Shown here one piece after another: positions 49,881 through 62,500 of a DNA stretch of 64,000 nucleotides. Numbering within the stretch: the first letter of the stretch is position 1; the number at the start of each line of letters is the position of its first letter. This DNA is from Squalus acanthias. Its lineage: Eukaryota. The DNA is taken from the NCBI GenBank assembly GCA_030390025.1, contig CM059433.1, positions 25,360,001 to 25,424,000 on the forward strand. The letters are read 5' to 3'. A model generated the notes under the pieces. It did no database searches. It saw nothing but the letters and a program-made list of their open reading frames with translations, and had not been told where the DNA came from. A program made the translations under genes and the position numbers.

Positions 49881-52149
49881 CAAACATGTTATGGAGGCAT
49901 GAGTAAAGGAAATATATTGGGTAATACTGGGGAAAAAAACTACCTTCCAATTTTCCCTTTGAGTTTCAGTGATTTGAAAGCTGTGTAGTTCAGTTCAAAT
50001 TTTTTTATTCGTTCTTGGAATATGGGCGTCACAGGCAAAGCCAGCATTTATTGCCCATCTCTAATTGCCTTTGAGAAGGTAGTGGTGAGCCGCCTTCTTG
50101 AACCCCTGCAGTCTGTGTGGTAAAGTTACTCCCATAGTGCTGTTAGGAAGGGAGTTCCAGGACTTTGACCCAGGAACTGCGACATATTTCCAAGTCAGGA
50201 TGGTGTGTGACTTGAAGGGGAACTTGCAGGTGGTGGTGTTCCCATGCGCCTGCTGCCCTTGTCCTTCGAGGTGGTAGAGGTCGTGGGTTTGAGAGGTGCT
50301 GTTAAATAAGAGAATGTGTTCATTCTATGAGAGTGGAAACACATCCTCAAATATTGTTAGTGTGGACAAGTTAACACATTCTATTCTACAGGCTAATAAT
50401 GCGTATGCATCATATTTACAATACAGAAACCAAAGCTGCTAATCAAACCTCTCTGCCCAGTGTAATTCTGAGTAGACTGCTTAACATTTAGACAGCTTGT
50501 AAGGCACAATTACACTTTCTATTGATGATAAAGAGCAATCTCAGTAATGTATTTTATTTCATACATTGTTGTCACAAACTACGATAAAGTGACTAATGTT
50601 GTGTACGGCACAGTGAGAACTGCTCAAAGTCCCTGGTATATGGCGCCAAACTGCATAGCTTCATCTTTGTTATATGACAACAACATAGAAGATACCATAA
50701 CTGAAAGTGGCTTCATTCCAGAAATAATGACCTCATCAGGTTAATAAGACTGAGGGCTTGTTTTCTCCCGGAGTTAGTGTCAGTATACGTTTTAACTCTC
50801 TGTTTCATTGGATGGATGGCAGAGGTTTTATTTCATTTCGACATTTCGAAGACCTGATTATAAGAACTGCATTACTAGCTCACACATTACTTCCCAACCA
50901 ACAAATAGCTTTCTTCCAGGAATAACAAGATTAGTAAGTACCTGGATATACAAAAAAACAGACCAACATTAAAGCAAATTCTGTATTGAGACCACTTCAG
51001 AGAGTCTGAATGGAAGGTACCTTAATGTTAATCAGTAAAACTCAAATATATTAGTACACTGAAGGCAGCAGACCTCTAGCGAAAGTGTTATTTAACCGTA
51101 AAAATGTGACATTTTTCCCGAGAAGCTTCTGATAATTAACTATTCATGAGATTATCTGTTGAGGCATCTGTGCCCACTGTTGCTGTAGCATTGCCTTTTG
51201 GCCTATACAACCAGGTGCCACACTATGCAATGTATTGACTCAGTATGCCAGTTCAACTCGCTTGGTAATAAAAAAGAAAGACTAGCATTTATACAGGGCC
51301 TTTCACGACCACCGGACGTCCCAAAGCGCTTTACAGCCAATGAAGTAATTTTTTTTTTGAAGTGTAGTCACTGTTGTAATGTAGGAAATGTAATGTGAAA
51401 TCTTAGGCCATCATTAGTAGAACACTGTCAGTGATGCATAACTATAAGAACAGAAATGTGTTTATTGTCAAAACAGCAGCATTCAGAAACAAATGATTGG
51501 GAAAACTCTGCTAAACTGTGCACCGGGGAATCATATATTCCATGTGTACGTATCTGAGCTACAGGAGAGTCAAGGGTTATGGGGAGCGGGCGGGAAAGTG
51601 GAGTTGAGGCCAAGATCAGATCAGCCATGATCTCATTGAATGGCGGAGCAGGCTTGAGGGGCCAAATGGCCGACTCCTGCTCCTATTTCTTATGTTCTTA
51701 CGTGTACTGACATTTCTAAGAACATGTGCAGGGAGGAGATGTAATACATTTTCTGCAATAGTTCCTTTATCAACGTTTCCTAATTATTGGGGGAAGAATT
51801 TCCATGGGATTCTCCAGATCTCTTGCCTTGCATTCAGCCATTTTTAACCTTCTACATTGTTTCTCTGGGGTTTCTGCAGAAGCTATGGAAATTCCTGGCA
51901 CAGGGTTTGAAGAGGATGTGGAACAGAATGTTGTTCTTCTGAAACTGAAGCCTGGCAGATAATTAGTGTTAGCACTCCTCTCTTGAGTCAGAAAGTTGTA
52001 AGTTTGCTTCAATAAACTAGGCTGACACTTCCAGTGCAGTACTAATGGAATGCTTCATTGTCAGAGGGGCTGTCTCAAATGTATCAACCTGCTACAGCAT
52101 TGTGAGAGCACCGTTACCACACGGGCTGCAGTGGTTCAAGAAAGCCCAT

Positions 52150-53430
52150 TATACTGGTAGGAAAAATAATGGAATCCCTACTAAAGGAGAAAATAGAAGA
52201 ACATTTAGAAACCAAAAATATAAAAATGAATAGTCAGCATGGATTTCAAAAGGGAAAGTCTTGCTTAACCAACCTTATTGAATTTTTTGAAGAGGTAACA
52301 GAGAGAGTAGACAATGGTAATGCAGTAGATGTAATTTATCTGGATTTTCAAAAGGCCTTCGATAAGGTACCCCATAATAGACTGATGAACAAGGTCAGAG
52401 AATGTGGAGTCAGGGGACAAGTAGTAGAATGGATTGCTGGCTGGCTTCAGGACAGAAAGCAGAGAGTAAGAGTAAAGGGTAGCTATTCACAGTGGCAAAA
52501 GGTGGGTAGTGGTGTTCCACAAGGATCAGTGCTGGGACCACTGCTGTTCACAATTTACATGAACGATTTAGACTTTGGAATCAAAAACACAATTTCTAAA
52601 TTTGCGGATGACACCAAATTGATAGTCAATACCAAGGAGGACTGCAACAAGTTACAGGAGGACATTAATAAACTTGCAGAATGGGCATATAATTGGCAAA
52701 TGAAAAGAAAGGCTTGAAAGACTTGCATTTATATAGTGCCTTTCATGACCACCGGACGTCTCAAAGCACTTTACAGCCAATGAAGTACTTTTTGAAGTGG
52801 GGTCACTGTTGTAATGTGGGTTCAACACAGATAAATGTGAGGTATTACATTTTGGTAGGAAGAATAAGGAGGTCACCTTGGTTAGACCACACTTAGAGTA
52901 CTGCGTACGGTTGTGGTCGCCATATTATAAAAAGTATATACTGGAGATGGTGCAGAGAAGATTTACAAGGATGATACCAGAAATGCGAGGGTATACATAT
53001 CAGGAAAGGATGAACAGGCTGGGTCTCTTCTCTCTTGAAAAAGAAGGGAGACCTAATAGAGGTCTTTAAAATTATGAAAAATGTTGATAGAGTGGATACA
53101 GAGAGAATGTTTCCACTTGTGGGGAAGAGCATTACTAGAGGCCATCAATGTAAGATAGTTACCTAGAAATCCAATAGGGAATTCAGAAGAAACTTCTTTA
53201 CCCAAAGAATGGTGAGAATGTGGAACTCGCTACCTCAGGGAGTGGTTGAAGCGAATAGTATAGATGCATTTAAGGGGAGGCTAGACAAGCATATGAGGGA
53301 GAAGGGAATAGAGGGTTATGCTGATAGATTTAGATGAGGAAAGACGAGAGGAGGCTCGAGTAGAGCATAAACACTGGCATGGACTCGTTGGGCCGAATGG
53401 CCTGTTTCTGTGCCATATATCCTATGTAAT
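52150..53430 (+). mobile_element. CR1 LINE fragment with an antisense SINE tail inserted at about 52705-52820
   Basis: ORF 52169..52717 (SQHGFQKGKSCLTNL, YLDFQKAFDKVPH, FADDTKL) and a CR1 3' end. Confidence 0.92.
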
Positions 53431-53929
53431 CCTCTGCCCCCATTCACAATAACAAAATAGTATATAGTTGTAAATCTCTTGTTATAGTAATCATGGGTAG
53501 TCCAAAACCTGGAGTGTGGCTTCCAATGTTTACCGTGGCCCTGCTACAACATAACATTACAATGCTACAATGTAACCTGCTACACAGGTCTGCCCTATTC
53601 TCTAATAGAACAAACTTACTAAAGTAATATGTCCCATGACTAATGTGAAGTAAAAATGTTAGACACACATCACTGATGCTGAAAGAAAAGGTCGCATTTA
53701 TTTTTAACACCAGATCTCCGATTGCTCACCTTGGAGGACAAGACTTGATTTCAGATTGGTCTCCTTGGAGGACAAGACACACCCAGCAGTTTCTCTGGAA
53801 TGTGTAATTAGATCCTGCCTGCCTAAGTAATCAATTACTTTGCAAAGTGTAATTCGAGCCATTCTGACTGTCAGGCTCCAGACAGAACAGAGCTCACATA
53901 GAACAGACAGGGCTCACCCTCATGGGTTA

Positions 53930-54430
53930 AGACCTTCTCCCACCTCCACAAACAAGTTCCTGCCCCTCCAACAAGTTCCTAACCTTCCTCCCACCCCCGA
54001 GTTTCTGACCTTTTCCCTCCCCAACAAGTTCCTGACCCTGACCTTACCCCCAAGTTCCTGTCCTTCTCCCCCTGCCCAAATTCCTGACCTCCTCTCCCCC
54101 GCAAGTTCTTGTCCTTCTCCCCCTGCCCAAGTTCCTGACCTCCCCACAATGTTTCTGACCTCTTCCCTCCCGCCCAAGCTCCTGACCTCCCCCGCCAAGT
54201 TCCTGACCTTCTCCCCTCTGCCCGCCCAAGTTCTGGACCTCCCCCACCAACTTCCTGACCCCCCTCCCCCCCCACCCCCCGAGTTCCTCCCCTTCTCTCC
54301 CCCACCCAAGTTCCTGACCTTCCCCTCCAACCTCCCACCCCGGGTTCTTGACCTTCTCCCCCTGCCCAAGTTCCTCCCCCCCACCAGCCCGGGTCATGAC
54401 TTTCTCCCTCCAACAAGTTCCTGACCTTGC
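53930..54430. repeat. C-rich minisatellite (CAAGTTCCTGACCT-CTCCCC)
   Basis: Repeated AAGTTCCTGACC core. Confidence 0.85.
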
Positions 54431-54779
54431 CCCCGCCCTCCCCATAGATGGAACATTGTGTGTGGGTCACGGATTGTCAACAGGTTTATTGGGTATAAAG
54501 TGAATAGTGGCAGGGTCATGAGTTCCGGATTTCGTCCAGTCCAATGATGTCACTTGCGACACACGCACTGAGCTTTCCGAGAAATTAACCAGGTCTAGGG
54601 GGAGGAGAGGGAGAATGTGGTGCGGATGTAAAGGGGGTGGTGTTGGAAGAACGTGATCTGTCTTACCATCTGGATCACGTTCTCGCTGTCATTCCGCCCC
54701 CTTTAGACCTGGATCACATTCTTCCCCATCCCCACTATGCTCTCCATGCTCTTTACACACCCCAAGTTCCTGACTTTCT

Positions 54780-56165
54780 CCCCGAGTTCCTAACCTCCTC
54801 TCCCCCCCGATCCTCTCTCTCTTCTTCCTTCGATCCTCTCTTGCTCCCACTCATCTCTCTCTCACCCCTCTCCGCCTCCAATTCCCTCTCTCTCTCTCCC
54901 CCAGTCTCCCCCTCCGATCTCCTCTCTCACTCTTCCCCCTGATTCCCTCTGTCCTTCCCCCCTCCGATCCCTCTCTCTCCACCCTCTGATTCCTTTCTCT
55001 CCCCCCTCCGATTCCCTTGCTCTTTTCCCCTTCTGACCCCCACGCTCTCCCCCTCCGATTCTCTCTCTCTCTCCCCCTCATCTCTCTCTCTCTCCCCTCC
55101 GATCCCCTCTCTCTCCCTCCTCTGATCCCCTCTCTTTCCCCCTCCTATCCCCTCTCTCTCTCCCCCTCCGATTCCCTCTCTCTCTCTCTCTCCTCTCTCT
55201 CTCTCCCCTCCAATCCCTCTCTCTCTCTCTCTCTCTCTCTGATTCCCTCTCTACCCCCTCCGATTCCCTCTCTCCCCCCTCTGATTCCCTCTCTCCCCCT
55301 CCGATTCCCTCTCTCTCCCCCCTCCGATTCCCTCTCTCTCCCCCCTCCGATTCCCCCTCTCTCCCCCCTCCGATCCCCCTCTCTCCCCCCTCCGATCCTC
55401 CTCTCTCTCCCCCCTCCGATTCCCTCTCTCTCTCTCTCCCCCCTCCGATCCCCTCTCTTCTATCTCCCCGCTCCGATCCTCTCTCTCTCCCCCTCCTCTC
55501 TACCCCCCTCCGATTCCCTCTCTCTCTCCCCCCCTCTGATCCCCTCTCTTTCCCCCCTCCTATCTCCTCTTTCTCCCCCTCCTATCCCCTCTCTTTCCCC
55601 CCTCCTATCCCCTCTCTCTCCTCCCTCCGATTCCCTCTCTCTCCCCCCCTCATATCCCCTCTCTTTCCCCCCTCCGATCCCCTCTCTCTCCCCCCTCCTA
55701 TCCCCTCTCTCTCCCGCTCCAATTCCCTCTCTCTCCCCCTCCTATCCCCTCTCTACCCTCTCCTAGCCCCTCTCTCTCTCCCCCTCCTCTCTCCCCCCCT
55801 CTGATCCCCTCTCTCTCTCCCTCCCCCACTCCTATCCCCTCTCTCCCCCCTCCGATCGGCTCTCTCCCCCCTCCTATCCCCTCTCTTTCCCCCCTCCTAT
55901 CCTCTCTCTTTCCCCCCTCCTATCCCCTCTCTTTCCCCCTCCTATCCCCTCTCTCTCCCCCCTCCGATCCCCTCTCTCTCTCCCCCTCCTCTCTCTCCCC
56001 CTCCTCTCTCCTCTCCTCTCTCTCCCTCTCTCTCTCTCCCCCTCCTCTCTCTCCCCCCTCTGATCCTCTCTCTCCCCCTCTTCTCTCCCTCCTCTCTCTC
56101 TCTCTCCCCCTCTCTCTCCCCACTCCAATCCCCTCTCTCTCTCCTTTCGATCCTCTCTCCTCCCC
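54780..56165. repeat. CT-rich minisatellite (CCGATYCCCTCTCTCTC)n
   Basis: Polypyrimidine repeat on the + strand. Confidence 0.92.
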
Positions 56166-56344
56166 CCGCCACCAACGGATCCAGTGACCTTCTCCTTATG
56201 GAGCTGAGGAAAGCGTGGCCCACTGTGCAGGCCACAACTGTTGGGTACTGCGCATGCGCGACTTCGGTAAACAGCGCGCATGTGCAGAAGGCCGCAAAAT
56301 TGTTCATGCAGATAATCACTCCAGAAAGAAATAGGGCCCATACA

Positions 56345-57461
56345 GGCCTAGAAATTCGATGGCGCTATGCCCATTTTTCGAGCGTTAAACAGTCACCTCA
56401 TCCTCCAATATGGCGGGCAGAAAGCGTGGGCACCTTTCCAGCTGGAAGTGCGTTGCCTGCCATATTGGATTGGGCTTTTCCATTGGCATCAGGCGAGCTC
56501 GGCAGCTCTATTTCAAAAATGAATGTCATTCAAATTAGGGTCCTACACTTCTTGTGCGCAAGCTCGCTGGCAGGCTGCCCAGTGCACCCAGCATTTCCTG
56601 GTGTATTATCCATCAGCCTTCATCTGTAGACTGGACTCTTGGAGTCAACATTTGAGTCCTCTGTCGCAGAACTAGTATGTGATCTTGCCCTCTGGTGAGC
56701 TGGCACCCATCCTCCTGCCCTAGCTCCTGAACACTTGTGCTCAGTGATTCACCACCTGAAGACATCTCCTCTAGCCCTGTCTCTAACGTACGCATGATGC
56801 CAGTTTCTGAGCTGGTGCTTGCGAAGGTGAGATTGAGTAATGCTGCATCTTCAGAAAACCTTGATAACTCTGTTGAGGTCTTTGAACTTTTTCTGGCATT
56901 GTAGCCTTGTCCTTGGAGCTAAGCTCCAGGCATTGACTTGCTCTGCCACCTTTTCCTATGGCCGACGGAGGTATTGTCTAGAGGGTTTTCTACTCCAGGG
57001 CGGGGGTGGGGATGGGGAAGTGGATCTACCTCCTCCTATCACTGCCTGCTCCAAGGTGGTGGTGAATTACCGGGAACAAGTGTTCAGGAGCTAGGGCAGT
57101 GGGATAGGTGCCAACTCACCGGAGGGCAAGATCACATACTAGTTCTGCTGCAGAGGACTCAGATATACCACATTATTACTAGGTACGCTCTCAATACTTG
57201 CTGCAGTCATTTCTCTCCTTCCAAGCATCTCCTTCCTTCTGCAACCAGGGTGCATCTTCCCTTATAGTGGCATCAGAGAGGTCCAATATCTGCCCCGCCG
57301 TCCCAAACAGGCCAATGAATAGCGCTGGCTGCACGCCTGGGTGATGATAATGAGCAAGCAGCACCAATGTTACGTGCTCCCTGCGACAACATGAACTGGC
57401 GTGTGCAGTGATTGCCCAGCGCCCTACGTGCCCGTTTTCAGCGCAATCACAGTTCTAGGCC
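56345..57461 (-). mobile_element. Non-autonomous Harbinger derivative with a Myb remnant and an internal inverted repeat
   Basis: Ends GGCCTAGAA / TTCTAGGCC; minus-strand KVAEQVNAWSLAPRTRLQCQKKFKDLNRVIK at about 56860-56955. Confidence 0.7.
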
Positions 57462-57719
57462 ATAATATTTGTAATATTACTTAACTTTCATTTAACAAAA
57501 ATTACTTAAGTCACAGGAACTTTGTTTCTTCCTTGCCAATGTTGTCATGTTTGTAATTTTGTAAACGTTGGGATAGAAATGAGTGCACGGGTTGTCCTGA
57601 TCTGCTGTCGTAAATTCCGTGAAAGATGGGTGGAGACCCTGGAGGCACAATGGCGTTTTTCCAGTGTTTCCGCTGAGGTTACGGTGGGAAATTGGAAGAA
57701 CTCCCACGGAAATGTTACT

Positions 57720-59930
57720 ACATTTTTACTGCGCACTTGAGCAAATATGAGCTGATCAAAGAGAGCCAGTATGGATATGGTAAGGGTAGGTCGTGTTTGA
57801 CTAGTCTAGTTGAATGTTTTGAGGAGTTCACTAATAAGGTATATGAGGAAGTGTCTATGGATGTCATCTATATGGATTTCCAGAAGGATTCAATAAGGTT
57901 CCACTAAACAGATTATTAGCAAAAATGAGAGCGCACGGTGTTGGAGGTGGCCTTTTGACTTGGTTTGGATATTGGTTGGGAGGTAAGAGACAGAGGGGTA
58001 AAAATTCACTTGGTTGCGCCACCCGTTAGCGCCTTAAGAGGGCGCTAATGGGGTGCAAAGCCGCTAACGCCCGGGCGCAGCGATGTTTGCGCCGCTCGAG
58101 AACTTAACTTGAGATTGTGCGGCGGCGCTAAAACTTACCGCTGCGACCACCTGCGCGCGCAGATTGTGACGTCATTCCATGGTGCAACGCCCTTGGGGCG
58201 CCCCGTAGCGGAAATTGAGTGGCGCCCCCTGCCTTACCGCCTGGCGCTTCCAACGACCAGAAGACTGGAACGCTATCAATCGCTGTGGGGCTGGGGGGGG
58301 GCGCTATTTAAAGGGGGCCTCTTCCTGTCTTTTATTGTTGGTGGCATTTTTGAACTACGCATTCTGAGAGAGAGAGGGAGAGACTTCTGGAGAGATTCAA
58401 CGTTGTGTGAAGGAGTTTTGGGTACTGAGCAGCACTTTGCAGGTTCATTTTGATTTGCCATTCCTTGTATCGATTTAGCAGAGACCGTGGGAGCTGCACT
58501 CTGAGCTCTTTGCCTGGTGCTCTCCATTGTTCTTTCCAGCACATTTGATGTGCAAGTCTCTCCAGGCCGAGATTCAAGGCAGCAATGAACAGGATGTGGA
58601 TGGAAAGCAAGATTAACCATCCCCTTTAAGAACTGGCCCGTGCCATTGTGTGTGTGTTCCATTGCTGACTGACATTACATGAGCTTCGCCAGCGCTCCGA
58701 GTTAGCGCCTCACTGCTCGGCCTTTGCGCCTTAAGAGAGGTGTGCAGCGCCTGCTTTAGCGCTCCACTCACCTCCCGGGGTGGTAAAAGTGAAGTTTCCC
58801 GTCAGTACCGATAATTAGCGCCAGGCGCTAATATTTGCGTCCGGACGATATTTGCGCCCCAAATGGGGCGCGACCTAATTTCTACCCCAGAGAGTGGTGT
58901 TAAAGGGAATGTACTCTGATTAGCGGGATGTGACATGTGGTGTTCCCCAGGGATCTGTTTCACCATATTTATTAATGACTTGGTTGAATGAATAGAGTCA
59001 CATATCCAAGTTTACAAATGACACTAAGTTAGGAGGGACAGTAAGCACTGCAGATTGGAGCAGAAAATTGCAAAGGGACATCAACAGATTGAGTGAGTGT
59101 GCCAAATTATGGCGGATGGAGTTCAATGTGGGAAAGTGTGAGCTTATCCACTTTGGTCCCAAGAAAGATAAATCAGAGTATTTTCTAAATGGTGAGAAAC
59201 TAGGAACTGTAGAGGAGCAAAGAGATTTGGGAGGCCAAGTGCACTAATCATTAAAAGCCAGTAAGCAGGTACAAAAAGCAAACAAAAAGGCTAATGGAAT
59301 GTTGGCCTTTATTTCAAGGGGGCTGGAATACAAAGGGATTGAAGTTATGTTACAGTTACATAAAGCTCTAGTTAGACCCCATCTGAAGTACTGGGCTCAG
59401 TTCTGGGCACCGCACCTCAGGAAGGATATATTGGCCTTGGAGTGGGTGCAGCGCAGATTCTCCAGAATGATACCGGGTCTAAAATGGTTAAATTATGAGG
59501 ACAGGTTGCATAGACTAGGCTTGTTTTCCCTTGATATACAAGATTAAGGGGTGATCTATTGAGGTGTTTAAGATGATTAAAGGATTTGATAGGGTAGATC
59601 GAGAGAAACTATTTCCTCTGGTGGGGGAGATCAGAACAAGGGGCCATAGTCTTTAAATTAGAGCTAGGCTGTTTAGGTGTAAAGTCAGGAAGCGCTTATT
59701 CACGCAGAGTGTAATGGAAATCTGGAACTCACTCCCCAAAAATCTATTGAGATTAGGTCAATTGAAAATTTCAAAACTGAGATTGATAGATTTTTGTTAG
59801 GTAAAGGTATGAAAGGATATGGAACCAAGGCAGGTAAATGGAGTTAAGATACAGATCAGCCATGATCTAATTGGATGGCGGAGCAGGCGCAAGGGGCTGA
59901 ATGGCCTACTCTTGTTCCAATGTTTCCATG
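57720..59930 (+). mobile_element. Degraded CR1 LINE split by a MITE
   Basis: ESQYGYGKGRSCLTSL, YMDFQK, LVRPHLKYWAQFWAPHLRKDI. Confidence 0.88.
57995..58888 (-). mobile_element. Harbinger-derived MITE (diverged subfamily), TSD AGA
   Basis: Ends GGGGTAAAAATT / AATTTCTACCCC; AGA at 57992-57994 and 58889-58891 restores CR1 AGACAGAGAGTGG. Confidence 0.9.
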
Positions 59931-60460
59931 CAGTACTCCATTCATATAATTGCAGTAAGACGCCTTTACTCATATTCAAACCCTCTTATAATAAAGGCCA
60001 ACATAACATTTCCTTTCTTAATTGCTTGCTGTACCTGCATGTTAACTTTCAGTGATTCGTGTACAAGAACACCAAAGTTTCCCAATTTCTCACCATTTAA
60101 AAATTACTCTGCTTTCTATTTTTCCAAACAAAGTGGATAACTTCACATTTCTCCACATTATAGTCCATTTGCCATGTTCTTGCCCACTCACTTAGCCTGT
60201 CTATATCCAGTTGAAGCCTCCTTGCATCCTCCTCACAACTTACATTCCCACCTAGCTTTGTATCATCAGCAAACTTGGATATATTACATTTGATCCCCTC
60301 ATCCAAATCACTGATATAGATTGTGAATAGCTGAGGCCCAAGCACTGATCCTTGCGGTACTCCACTAGTTACAGCCTGCCAACCCAAAAATGACCTGTTT
60401 ATTTCTACCCACTGTTTTCTGTCCGTCAACCAATCCTCAATCCATGCTAGTATATTACCT
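59931..60460 (-). mobile_element. CR1 RT fragment
   Basis: ORF 60097..60537 (GVPQGSVLGPQLFTIYI, FADDTKLGG). Confidence 0.9.
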
Positions 60461-60529
60461 CGAGTTTTGAGGCAGCCTTTGTAGCCCCCAGGCAGTTTGA
60501 ATTCTTCAGCCAACAGATGTGCTAATTGG

Positions 60530-60620
60530 AAAAGCAAAATGCTGTGGATGCTGGAAATCTGAAATAAAAACAGATGCTGCCTGACCTGCTGAGTATTTTC
60601 AGCATTTCCTGTTTTTATTT
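60530..60620. mobile_element. 91-bp fold-back Penelope family B micro-insertion with 16-bp TSD
   Basis: CAGATGTG(C/T)TAATTGG at 60514-60529 and 60621-60636; AAATAAAAACAG ... CTGTTTTTATTT inverted. Confidence 0.75.
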
Positions 60621-61049
60621 CAGATGTGTTAATTGGGTTGTCCTGTAGAAAGTGAGGTGTCTCAACATTTCTAAAATTGTAACCCTGATGCCAGAATTCT
60701 GATTTTCAAAAGTAAGGTCCAATTTTCCCCACATTTTATGTTATTAAGGTTTTTATTAACATTCATCAGTAACAAGACTAAAACCGTAAATCCACCCCTG
60801 GTGGAATATTGGACTTAGTAAAAAGTAACTAATAAAAGTAAGTTAAACTTTGTGTCAGTCACTCTTCTTCGCTCTGCTAAAATGCTTCCTTGCCTCACCT
60901 AATGATTGAAAGCCTGATCTTACAAACTCATCTGCAGTAGGATCATTTTATTTTAAAAGCAGATTCGCGTACAGCTCAAAATTCACACAAACTCATTTCT
61001 CATTTCCTCTCTTAAAACATGCCACAACCATCTGACAGCAACGAAGTAC

Positions 61050-61780
61050 CTTCTTACTCACCTGTTGCGGGTAAAACTCGGCAACTCACTCACCTGTAAT
61101 AGGTGTAATAAGAAGATGAAGTACACTTGATATCTACCGATCTCTCCCACCGATTTGAAAGCTTCGTCCAGCCCCATAGTGGTGGCCGGCTGCGCTGATC
61201 TGGCCCGCTCAGATTTGTTCGGTGGTGACCGTGGAGCTTCCAGCCCCCGGAACCGTAGCACCAAAGCTGAAGGCGGGACACGCTGCCCTCGTCACCATGG
61301 GAACCGGCTGAGCTCAGCTCCTTGACAGCTTCTGTCTGCAGCACGCGACACTTCTCAGAGGGCCGACACGTCACCCACTCCCTTAACACTTTGCCGCTGC
61401 CCCAACACTTTTGTTAAGCTAACAGCGCGCATGCACGAGGATGCCTATCCTCCTCGCCGCCTTTTAACGTCCCCAGCTTTTCAGACCACTGCCTTTGATG
61501 CGCATGAGCTCTACTCAGCTGGCTTCCTGTGACGCATATTCTCGCTGGCGGGCATGTCCAGGGCCCGACGTCTATGGGACACACCAAGTTGCAGATCCGC
61601 TGAAATCTTCCCTCCCACCTGCAGCAGTGGGTATCAACCATGTCCCAAATCCCAGGGACGGGGTCATTCGCATTTCCGGGCAGGCGCATCACATCCGTAA
61701 GAGTGCATTATCAATGCGCCCCCTGATCTTCTGGCAGGAAAGGAGAGCGGCACACAGTCACGCCATTAGAAGCACCCAGA
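61050..61780 (-). promoter_or_regulatory. CpG-rich putative promoter/5'UTR of the SLC22A15-like gene
   Basis: High CpG density against flanks; GTGACGTG (CRE/E-box-like) at 61367-61374; GCGCATG (NRF1-like) near 61426 and 61500. Confidence 0.6.
61094..61177 (-). CDS. SLC22A15: SLC22A15-like solute carrier, first coding exon
   Basis: MGLDEAFKSVGEIGRYQVYFIFLLHLLQ resembles the SLC22A15 N-terminus as I recall it (MEVEEAFQAVGEMGIYQMYL...LLQ); Kozak GCCACCACTATGG; donor CAG|GTGAGT, phase 0; could be a paralog. Confidence 0.8.
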
Positions 61781-61784
61781 TGTC

Positions 61785-62500
61785 CTTTCCAGGCTGAAGA
61801 ATAAGTGGTTCCAAGGGATCTTCAGTTCCACAGGAGCTAGGGTTCAACCTAAGGCAATGGTTGCAGAGGGAGATAGAATCAATGGCAACGCTACAGAGTC
61901 TGTGGTGGGGGCCAAAGACGATGACTTCAGTCTTCCCAGTGTTTAACTGGAGGAGATTGCAGCTCAGAAGGCTGGCAGCACAGAAGCAGAAGAAGGGTCG
62001 AGCAAGCTGTTGGCGAGGTAGAGCTGAGTGGCATTTGTGCACCCAAGGAAGCTGACCCCATGTCTTTGGATGATGTTGCCAAGGCGCAGCATGTATATGA
62101 GGAAGAGCTCAAGCATAGATCAGCGATGGAGAATGCCGAGAGAGGCCGAGAGGGTAGCTGTGAGCTTATCGGAGAGGGATTCAAGCCTGGGATAACAGTG
62201 GGAGAGTTAGAAGGCAGTGACGGGTTGCCTTAGGATGGGGGGGCCAAGTACCCAAGAGGAGGGAAATGAAAGATGGCATGACTGGATGACAGAAAGTGGA
62301 GGAGACAGGAGACAAAGGCCTGAGGGGGACCAAGAGAAAAAAAAGGAGTTAGAAGTAATAGGCTCAGATCCAGAACGGCTGCCAAAATGTGAACACAATA
62401 AACACAGAGGGATTCAGGTTACACAGGTATGGTAGGGATTATGAGAGACATGTCCTGGTTGCAAACAGGGAGGAGACAATACGAGAGAGTCCATAGTTAA
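61785..62500 (-). mobile_element. Degraded L2 fragment
   Basis: NLLQLNTGKTEVIVFGP in ORF 61758..62042. Confidence 0.6.

Noticed and set aside
53840..56341. Long Pro/Ser/Leu-rich and Arg/Gly/Glu-rich ORFs (e.g. 55017..55766)
   Set aside because: Translation artefacts of low-complexity repeats
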